NCBI GenBank assembly: GCA_964016885.1
Contig: OZ024747.1
Location: 42,780,001-42,844,000 of the forward strand
Reading direction: 5' to 3'
From: Eledone cirrhosa
Lineage: Eukaryota
Length of the DNA: 64,000 nt
The notes beneath the pieces were generated by a model that did not search any database, had not been told where the DNA came from, and saw only the letters and a program-made list of their open reading frames with translations. A program made the translations under genes and the position numbers. Below are positions 36,001-45,205 of this stretch, piece after piece (position 1 is the first letter of the stretch; each line of letters begins with the position of its first letter).

Positions 36001-37199
36001 GACAATAGTAACTGTCATGATGTGACAATAGTAACTGTTATGATGTGACAATAGTAACTGTTATGATGTGACAATAGTAACTGTCATGATGTGACAATAG
36101 TAACTGTTATGATGTGACAATAGTAACTGTCATGATGTGACAATAGTAACTGTTATGATGTGACAATAGTAACTGTTATGATGTGACAATAGTAACTGTC
36201 ATGATGTGACAATAGTAACTGTTATGATGTGACAATAGTAACTGTCATGATGTGACAATAGTAACTGTTATGATGTGACAATAGTAACTGTTATGATGTG
36301 ACAATAGTAACTGTCATGATGTGACAATAGTAACTGTTATGATGTGACAATAGTAACTGTCATGATGTGACAATAGTAACTGTCATGATGTAACAATAGT
36401 AACTGTCATGATGTGACAATAGTAAATGTCATGATGTGACAATAGTAACTGTCATGATGTGACAATAGTAACTGTCATGATGTGACAATAGTAACTGTCA
36501 TGATGTGACAATAGTAAATGTCATGATGTGACAATAGTAACTGTCATGATGTAACAATAGTAACTGTCATGTGACAATAGTAAATGGTATGATGTGACAA
36601 TAGTAACTATCATGATGTGACAATAGTAACTGTTATGATGTGTCAATAGTAACTGTCATGATGTGACAATAGTAACTGTTATGATGTGACAATAGTAACT
36701 GTCATGATGTGACAATAGTAACTGTCATGATGTGACAATAGTAACTGTCATGATGTGACAATAGTAACTGTCATGATGTGACAATAGTAACTGTCATGAT
36801 GTGACAATAGTAACTGTCATGATGTGACAATAGTAACTGTCATGAGGCGACAATAGTAACTGTCATGATGTGACAATAGTAACTGTTATGATGTGACAAT
36901 AGTAACTGTCATGATGTGACAATAGTAACTGTTATGATGTGACAATAGTAACTGTCATGATGTGACAATAGTAACTGTTATGATGTGACAATAGTAACTG
37001 TCATGATGTGACAATAGTAACTGTCATGATGTGACAATAGTAACTGTCATGATGTGACAATAGTAACTGTCATGATGTGACAATAGTAACTGTCATGATG
37101 TGACAATAGTAACTGTTATGATGTGACAATAGTAACTGTCATGATGTGACAATAGTAACTGTTATGATGTGACAATAGTAACTTATAATGTGACAATAG
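1..37199. repeat. 23-bp tandem satellite array (consensus ATGATGTGACAATAGTAACTGTC), about 1,600 monomers, continuing beyond the window start
   Basis: Direct reading: strict 23-bp period with sparse substitutions and rare 2-3 bp deletions. No spacers and no ORFs in the six-frame track. Confidence 0.99.
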
Positions 37200-37210
37200 A
37201 TCTGACAACA

Positions 37211-37315
37211 GATGTGACAACAGTTATGACAATAACAATTGTCATGATGTGACAACAGTTATGACAATAACAATTGTCATGATGTGACAACAGTTATGAC
37301 AATAATAATTGTCAA
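37211..37315. repeat. Three copies of a 35-bp satellite-related unit at the array edge
   Basis: GATGTGACAACAGTTATGACAATAACAATTGTCAT at 37211, 37246 and 37281 (third copy slightly diverged). Confidence 0.9.
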
Positions 37316-38150
37316 GATGTAGTGATAGTTGCAATGAAAATAGTTGCTAGGATGTAAATCAAGTGATATGTTGTTTCTCAATTGACTATACTTTAACAAG
37401 CTCAATTTATTTCTGTAATCTTGAGCTAACTGAAATAACAAACATGTAATTATGTAATTGAATCTAAAGCTCTAGTTGAATTACTGAAGAGAAGACATGA
37501 GAAATGAATTAAGTGAAATACTTTGGGAATTCCATGATTTCAGGCAAGCTGACCAACAGATCAACAACATGATAATGAAAAGGAGAAGCATTACTCCCTT
37601 GCACAACATGCTAGAAATATCAGCCAAAACTCACCACCCTCTGAATCTCTCTCCAATGTGTTAAAAACAGAAATAACATTCGATAATGCAGTCCTAGATA
37701 GCCTTAAAATGATAAGGTGGAATACCTCCAATTAAAGATTTCTTCAATCAGGATTTCTGGCATTGCAAGAATTTTACCACTGATATGATAAATACTTGTA
37801 CCAAAGAGTACAAGTATTTATCATTTATGTCAGATTTATCCACTAGCAAGGTTTGGATGGGTCATCATAGACCAAGTCAGTACTCAATCCGAGCCACTGC
37901 TCTTGCACTTTACAAAGTGCAACATGACTTTTCCTGTGCTAGTACCACAATTGGTACTAGCACAGGAAAAGTCATGTCTTTGACATATTTTAGATTGTTG
38001 GATACCCTTCCTATCCTCAACTACTATCCAGAGCATACTGGGTGTATTTTTTTTATCGTGTCACCAACACTAGAGAAGTTGTGATCCCCTTGACACAACA
38101 GAAGACTTCTCTCAACCAACTTTTTTACCTAATTTCTATGTCTGGATCCC

Positions 38151-38371
38151 CTTCTTTAGCATTTACATTACTCTATATTTACTATCATATTTTCATGGTA
38201 AAGGCTTACCTCACATAATTATCTCACATAATATCGAATCTATGACATTTTGATATTATTTATTTTGAGAACAAAATCTTAACATCAATACAAGTGGTCG
38301 GTTACAGCCAGTTTGAACAGAAAGAGGTGAGAGAATTCTGGTTGGATATGGCCAGTTTAAATGCTAAAGGG
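38151..38371 (+). mobile_element. piggyBac-type MITE, copy 1 (left end degraded)
   Basis: CTTTAGCATTTA...TAAATGCTAAAGGG termini. Internal sequence aligns by eye with five other copies in the window. Confidence 0.8.
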
Positions 38372-38828
38372 CTAAAGAATATACTTAGATGCATAGTTTG
38401 AGGCCCCAGCATTGGAAAGGCTATCATGATATGATGTCATGATTGAAGAGTCCCCTTGACCCTTTCAGGTATGGTTTCTATGACTAAAAACCTTCCTACC
38501 ACTGACCACTTTACAGAGTGTACTAACTTGTAATTAGGCAATGTTTTTGATGTGAATTAATTAACTAGTAGAAGACAAACAATTACAAAAAAAAGATATG
38601 AAAAGGTTTCACAAAATCATCATTAATAACCCCAGCAAAGATTAATGACTGGTTTGCTACTTGTTTGCTTTCTTTGATAATTAGAAAAACTAAAATATAG
38701 ACCAAAACACAGGTATTATGACTGCTGTTGCAGTTAAAGATGATCTCTTATAATCTTCTAGGTTGGAATATTAAGGTTAACTGAAATTTAGGATGCAACA
38801 TGTGTCAGCTTGGAAATCATAATCTGAT

Positions 38829-38998
38829 GACACACACATATATATACACACGTGCACACATATACACACATATATACACACACACGCACATATACACACA
38901 CACGCACATATACACACATATACACACACACATACACACATATATACAGACACACATATACAGACACACACACATATACAGACGCAGACACATACATA

Positions 38999-39036
<38 letters not shown>

Positions 39037-39085
39037 TGCACACACACACAGACACGCACAGACACGCACACACACACATATATAT
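38829..39085. repeat. Compound (CA)n/(TA)n microsatellite
   Basis: Direct reading. It is the source of the CV/HT-rich spurious ORFs. Confidence 0.95.
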
Positions 39086-39424
39086 GGAGACACATGGCTT
39101 AGTGGTTAGAGCATTGGCCTTGCAATCGAAAGGTTGTGAGTTCAATTCTCAGACCGGGTGATGTGTTGTTTCCTTGAGCAAGACACTTTATTTCACATTG
39201 CTCCAGTTTACTCAGCTGTAGAAATGAGATGATAGAGACTGGGGTCTATATCATTCCACTGCAAAGTGGTCAAGGAGGTGCCATGGCAAAAACCACCCAG
39301 CACTCACTGTAAATGAGGTTGGTGTTAGGAAGGGCATCCAGCTGTAGAAATCAAGCCAGAATCAGTTCCCGTCCCACCCTTGCAAGCAGGGAAAAAGCGG
39401 ACGTAAAATGAAATGAATGATGAA
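39086..39424 (+). mobile_element. Full-length tRNA-derived SINE with RTE-LINE-like 3' tail
   Basis: A-box TGGCTTAGTGG and B-box GAGTTCAATTC. Central CCTTGAGCAAGACACTTT motif resembles conserved SINE core domains. The 3' part shares GGTTGGTGTTAGGAAGGGCATCCAGCTGTAGAAA with the LINE 3' UTR at ~41.8 kb and ends in an ATGA-type tail. Confidence 0.85.
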
Positions 39425-39806
39425 TATATATTGGTAAATGGAATAGAAAATGCTGACAAATTGTTCACAGTGAAAAATAGTTTAATTAGGAATAAGTGAG
39501 AATTAGTAATTGTATTGGTTAGTATTCAGTTTTGGTTTTAAGTTTTACCGGTTGCGCATTTCTAATGCTTTTCAAAAATAATTTTGAGATAGAGCGTCCG
39601 TGATATTTGCTCTGATCTGAGCAAACATCACGGACGCTCTATCTCAAAATTATTTTTGAAAAGCATTAGAAATGCGCAACCGGTAAAACTTAAAACCAAA
39701 ACTGAATACTAACCAATACAATTACTAATTCTCACTTATTCCTAATTAAACTATTTTTCACTGTGAACAATTTGTCAGCATTTTCTATTCCGTTTACCAA
39801 TATATA
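39425..39806. mobile_element. 382-bp near-perfect palindrome (fold-back MITE-like element) in a TA target
   Basis: Arms 39425-39615 and 39616-39806 are reverse complements centred on GATC (39614-39617), with 3 mismatches by eye. Both ends are TATATA. Confidence 0.9.
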
Positions 39807-39858
39807 ATAACTTGTGTGTTACACCTCTATTCTTTTAAATATATATATATATATATAA

Positions 39859-40105
39859 AAATTAATCGACCAGGTCATGAAGGTCTTGGAAAAAGTAATA
39901 GCGCAACTAATCAGAGAGAGAATTGATCTAGATGAAATGCAGTTCGGGTTTGTGTCAGGCAAAAGTACCACAGACGCTCTTTTCATTGTACGACAACTAC
40001 AGGAGAAGTACCTAGCTAAAAGTAAACCCCTATACTTAGCTTTTGTCGACTTGGAGAAAGCCTTCGACAGAGTCCCCTGTTCCATTATCTGGTGGGCTCT
40101 TAGAA
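39859..40105 (+). pseudogene. RTE ORF fragment 1 (N-terminal RT motifs)
   Basis: Translates KLIDQVMKVLEKVI...QFGFVSGKSTTDALF...FVDLEKAFDRVPCSIIWWALR. Homology ends at the insertion. Confidence 0.9.
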
Positions 40106-40363
40106 TTTACATAACTGTTAGGGATTCAAATAATTTGTATTATTGAAGAAAGAAGAAAGACAGAGAGAGAAACAGATGAGGAAAAAGATAGCTACTAGAA
40201 GCATAGAAATATCTTATGCACGAAAGCAACAGAGATTTGATTAAGGATAGAGAGACAAGGAAGAATAATTTTTATAGTATAAAGCATAGGGAGGGAGATT
40301 TGTATTGTCCTGGATAAATAGCATATAATTAGATGATGCAAAAAAAAAATATATATATATAAA
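40106..40363. other. 258-bp insertion ending in A10(TA)n, flanked by a 32-bp duplication of LINE sequence
   Basis: CCCC(T/C)GTTCCATTATCTGGTGGGCTCTTAGAA at 40074-40105 and 40364-40395. Confidence 0.85.
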
Positions 40364-41561
40364 CCCCCGTTCCATTATCTGGTGGGCTCTTAGAAAACTA
40401 GGTGTTGATGAATGGCTTGTGAGAGCTATACAAGCCATGTATAAAGAAACAGTCGGCAAGATTAGAATTAACAACGAATATAGTGAAGAGTTTAGCGTAA
40501 AAGCTGGTGTTCATCAGGGCTCTGTTCTTAGCCCCCTACTATTTATTATTGCCCTTCAGGCTATAACAGTGGAGTTGAAGACCGGCTGCCCATGGGAACT
40601 CCTATATGCAGATGATCTAACGCTCATAGCTGAATCAATGGCTAAGCTGGAGAAGAAATTCCAAACATGGAAGCATGGCCTAGAATCAAAAGGCCTTAAA
40701 ATTAACCTGGCTAAGACTAAAGTTCTAGTTTGTAGGAAAGAAAATAAAGCGCTGGTCCCTTCCGGGAAATGGCCATGCTCAGTGTGTAGGAAAGGCGTAG
40801 GTAGAAACTCCATTTTATGTCCCAAATGCAAAGTATGGGTGCATAAAAGATGTAGTGGGATCACAGGTAAGCTAACTAAGAACATAGATTTTACATGTGG
40901 CCGGTGCTCTGGTGCAATAAGTAGCAGCAAGTGCCCACAAAATACTAGCTCTTTCAATTGCGCAGAGGGTTCTATAGAAATAGTGAACAGCATCCGTTAC
41001 CTGGGTGACAAAATCAGTAGTGGGGGAGGGTGCTCTGAAAGTACAGTAGCTAGAGTCAGAACTGGATGGAAAAAGTTCAGAGAGCTTATACCACTATTAG
41101 CCGCTAAAGGGTTCTCCCTAAAAATGAAAGGCAGGTTGTATGATGCCTGCATACGAACAGCAATGTTGCATGGCAGTGAGACCTGGGCATTGTGTGCAGA
41201 GGATATACGCAGACTAGAGAGGAACGAAGCTTGCATGCTCCGCTGGATGTGTAATAGTAATATACGTGAACGGCAAAGCATAAATGAACTAAGGAAAAAA
41301 TTAGAAATAAGAGGGATCAGATGTTGTTTACTCGAGAGAAGGCTACGGTGGTATGGACACATGATGCGCATGAAAGACGACAGCTGTATAACAAAGTGCA
41401 GGGAAATAAAGATAGACGGTAGCCACGGAGTAGGCAGACCCAGAAACACCTGGGACGACCTGATAAATTCCGACCTCACACACTTACACCTCTCCAAGAC
41501 AATGTCACTGGACCGAGATCTTTGGCGGTACTCAGTAATAGAGAAGACCCGCCTTACCTGA
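40364..41561 (+). pseudogene. RTE ORF fragment 2 (RT core, embedded PHD finger, C-terminal region); open to the stop codon
   Basis: 380-aa ORF in the track (40419-41561), extendable upstream. It is in frame with fragment 1 once the insertion and one duplicate copy are removed. Confidence 0.9.
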
Positions 41562-42088
41562 ATACAAAGTAAAACCTACTACAGTCAGTAGGCATCTCTA
41601 ACAAAATACACCCCCGTCTCACCACCCCCACCCCATCCACACCGCCCCTTTCAATGTAAAGTTATGTTGGTGCCACAACATCCAGGCCGAAACAAATGAG
41701 ATCGTGTAGGTGTCACGACAAAAAAACACACAGTCCACGCTGTAATGTAGCCGTGTAGGCAACACGGTAAAAACCTCCCAGCCCCACACTGTAAATGTGG
41801 TTGGTGTTAGGAAGGGCATCCAGCTGTAGAAAACCCGCCAGACAGTCCTATGCGAGCAAGACAACCACTCTTGCCTCAAGTGGGAAAACTCCCGTCCAAA
41901 ACCATGCAAGCGTGGAACATGGACGTTAAACGATGATGATGATGATGATGATAAAAAGAAAAAAATGATGACTCAAAACATTTTTTTCAAAATCAATAAA
42001 CAGGATACAAATGAATACAGAAACTAGGACTTGCTTCAACATGTGCATACAGACACATACACATCTGTGCACACATACACACTTGAGA

Positions 42089-42125
<37 letters not shown>

Positions 42126-42390
42126 TGCGAGTGCGAGTGTGTGTGAGTGCGAGTGCGAGTGAGTGTGAATGAGTGCGAGTGCGAATGAGTGCGAGTGAGT
42201 GCGAGTGAGTGCGAGTGCGAGTGAGTGCGAGTGCGAATGAGTGCGAGTGCGAATGAGTGCGAGTGAGTGCGAGTGCGAATGTGAGTGAGTGCGAGTGCGA
42301 ATGTGAGTGAGTGCGAGTGCGAATGTGAGCGAGTGCGAATGTGAGCGAATGCTAGCGAGTGCGAATGTGAGCGAGCGTGCGTGCGTGCGG
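42089..42390. repeat. (GT)n grading into a compound GAGTGC/GAGT/GAAT microsatellite
   Basis: Direct reading. Confidence 0.95.
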
Positions 42391-42469
42391 ACATTTAATA
42401 TAAAGAATTATGTGCTCATGCATGGAGATGCTATAAAGCAGCTTATAAAATAGGATGAAATCCCTTTAA

Positions 42470-42689
42470 CCCTTTAATGTTCAAACCGGCCAAAACCGGC
42501 CAGAATTCTCTACCTTTTTCTGTTGGAACTGGCTGTAACTGGTCACTCAAACTGATGTTAAGGTATTGTTCTCAAAATAAATACTTTCAAAATCTCATCG
42601 ATTCGATATTATGTGAGATAATTATGTGAGGTAAAGCATTTACCATGAAAATATAATAGTATATATAGAGTAATGTGAATACTAAAGGG
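42470..42689 (-). mobile_element. piggyBac-type MITE, copy 2
   Basis: TTAA|CCCTTTA...TAAAGGG|TTAA with intact TTAA duplications (42466-42469, 42690-42693). Confidence 0.88.
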
Positions 42690-42711
42690 TTAAAGAGAGA
42701 AAAAGAAGTTG

Positions 42712-42778
42712 CCAATGGCTGCTATGAGGAATCAAACCCCATATCTCCCAGATACTAGCTAGGCACTTTAAGCCAAGG
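42712..42778 (-). mobile_element. Degenerate tRNA-like/SINE head
   Basis: Minus strand has a B-box-like GGTTTGATTCC at tRNA-like spacing. The A-box and cloverleaf are incomplete. Confidence 0.35.
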
Positions 42779-43198
42779 GACTGTGACATGAAGTTCTCGC
42801 TTCCTCACAGGCACCTCTGTCTAATATTTCCTCTCACCAAGGTTACTTCATTTATAGTGGTTGACAATTATAATGACAATTTGCATTAGGATGCACACAT
42901 TTCAAATTTTCCCCAGTTTCAAATAGGCACACCATATCCCTGCATGTCATAAGAAACTACTAAAAGAATTAGTGTTAGGACATGAAATATTGCCTGCTGG
43001 AAAATTTCCCTCCAACCCATCCGAGCAAGAAAAATTCAATAAAAAGCAATGATGATGATAATGATCTGTTAGACACGCAGTGACTAACAACAGAATGTTT
43101 TAAGTCTGCATGTCTGACATATATGCGCAGCTTGTGAATAAAAAATTCAAGGGGTTTCACTGGCCGTGGTGATCCCTACCAAACAACCTTTGTAATGT

Positions 43199-43373
43199 AT
43201 CGTCTTATTGGCTAATTTCATCGTCTTATTGGCTAATCAACCAATGAGAGTAATTGTTGCTCAAAAGCATCCGCCACTTTGTTTGCACGTTTATTTATCG
43301 TTTCGCTTTCGAATCTTCCTCCTGTATTTCGTCGTTTATCATCAAAATATTTTTCTAGATTTTTTTGGTAAGT
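43199..43373 (+). promoter_or_regulatory. Candidate Pol II promoter and non-coding first exon: three CCAAT boxes, CpG-rich patch, G|GTAAGT donor at 43367/43368
   Basis: ATTGG twice inside an 18-bp direct repeat (43199, 43220) and CCAAT at 43241. A YY1-like CCGCCACTTT motif, local CpG enrichment and a consensus donor are followed by very AT-rich intron-like DNA. Confidence 0.5.
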
Positions 43374-43826
43374 TATATTGTTAATTTATATATGATTTTT
43401 TAAATTTATATTAACTATTTTTTTTTCAGTTCGTTATAACATGCTTATAATATTGGTTGTATCATATTTACTTGTGTATTTGTCCATATTATTGTTTGTT
43501 TTATGTTAGATTGTTTTATTATTATTATGTTAGATTATTTTTTTATTATTATGTTAGACTATTTGTATGTAATATTTAATTTTTATTAATTCAACTATAA
43601 CAATTATTATGTAAAATATATTTATTTAATATTGATTATTTTTTGTAGTTGTTTATATTCAAAGTCTGAAAATATTTTTATACATCTTACAATAATATTT
43701 ATAAGATCATTTATATTTATAAGAACAATTATATAATCTAATTACATTACAACGATAATTTATTATTAATATATATCATATATATAACTAGAGTTATTAC
43801 AAGCGTTGCCTTAAAAAAAATATTAA

Positions 43827-44269
43827 ACTAGACCTGAGAAATGCGCAAGCTCAAAAGAGCCACAGAATGTTATAATAAACCTTCAAAAGTGTGGGACTAG
43901 AGTTGTTGCTCAAACATATTGTAATCATTATCTATCGTACACTCTGTGGCATCCTTTTATAAAAAAGAGACACATAACGAACTCAAGACGACATGATAAT
44001 TATTTAAGCTAATGTTCAGTATCTCATATTAGAGGTTTAATAATGATTAATACGAAATGCACTTAAACCGAATTCTATATTATAAATTCACTTAAATAAT
44101 TATCGTGTCGTCTTGAGTTCGTTATGAGTCTTTTTTTATAAAAAGAAGCCACAGAGTGTACGTTAGATAATGATTACAATATTTTTGAGCAACAACTCTA
44201 GTCCCACACTTTTGAAGGTTTATTATAACATTCTGTGGCTCTTTTGAGCTTGCGCATTTTTCAGGTCTA

Positions 44270-44271
<2 letters not shown>
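43827..44271. mobile_element. Fold-back element with ~181-bp inverted arms and an 82-bp spacer
   Basis: 43827-44008 is the reverse complement of 44091-44271 with scattered mismatches. Termini are ACTAGACCTG...CAGGTCTAGT. Confidence 0.9.
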
Positions 44272-44322
<51 letters not shown>

Positions 44323-44470
44323 TAGATAGATACACACTCACACAATGATATATATGATAATGATATATATATACACACACAATGATATATATAATAATTA
44401 TATCTATATATATATATATATATATATAGATATATATATATATATATATATTACATATACACACACATGA
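44272..44470. repeat. (TA)n-rich compound microsatellite
   Basis: Direct reading. Confidence 0.9.
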
Positions 44471-44871
44471 ATATTTACATTAAGACACACAAACACAAAT
44501 GCGCACTCACACACAACATAAAAGCAAGATGAAGTAAATATTGATTTACCTTGGGGGCTATATTTGACATATTCAGTATATTTCTACCTAAGAATCATTT
44601 GTTAGTAGTTATTAAAACTACATCTTATATTGTCTGTTGATAACACCTATAGAACGCTAGCTGACACCAAGGAATCCAGTTTGTAGAAAATATTAAGAGT
44701 GACCAAGAACATTGATTGTAAAAAGGTAAAATCTATTACAAAATATAAGAAATCAAGAATGGAATCAGTTAAACCAATTTCTTAGCAGTAGCTATATCTT
44801 TTTCATAAAATATAGGTAATCGTTAAAATTATTCCAATGATACTTTGAGTAAATATAAGAATCAACCACCA

Positions 44872-44949
<78 letters not shown>

Positions 44950-45160
44950 CTAGCAACACACTATAAACTCTGGTACACAGATACACTGATTCCTCTCTCT
45001 CTCTCTCTCTGTCCCTCCTTTCCTTATTGACTATTCTAGTCTTTCTACAATGGTCTCTGCTCTGTAATGTAATTTATGTGTATGTGTGTGTGTGTGTATA
45101 CACATATACATATATATACACACACCCGCGCGCATAATTTATTTATACATATGTAATACT

Positions 45161-45205
<45 letters not shown>

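Larger units (their letters stand above)
39859..41952 (+). mobile_element. 5'-truncated RTE-clade non-LTR retrotransposon, interrupted by a 258-bp insertion
   Basis: RT motifs QFGF, STTDALF, FVDLEKAFDRVP, GVHQGSVLSPLLF, LYADDL and RYLG. C-terminal RLRWYGH and GRPRNTW as in RTE elements. 3' UTR ends in (GAT)n. No endonuclease domain is present. Confidence 0.93.

Noticed and set aside
1-37199. CRISPR array
   Set aside because: The 23-bp units are contiguous with no unique spacers, there are no cas genes, and the context is eukaryotic.
1-37199. Repetitive protein-coding region or telomeric repeat
   Set aside because: The 23-bp period cycles stop codons (TGA, TAG, TAA) through all frames and no ORF is in the track. 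There is no G-rich telomere-type motif.
38777-39145. Cys/Val- and His/Thr-rich ORFs (also at 41993-42394, 44122-45274, 55439-55679, 60885-61133)
   Set aside because: These are translations of CA/TA/GAGTGC microsatellites.
39086-39155. Functional tRNA gene
   Set aside because: A and B boxes are present but the acceptor stem does not close, and the sequence runs into a SINE body that is duplicated at 45206-45546.
40106-40363. Spliceosomal intron in the RT gene
   Set aside because: No GT...AG boundaries. It is flanked by a 32-bp duplication typical of an insertion.
40556-41497. Antisense ORFs of 145 and 166 aa
   Set aside because: Shadow frames of the LINE ORF with no independent motifs.
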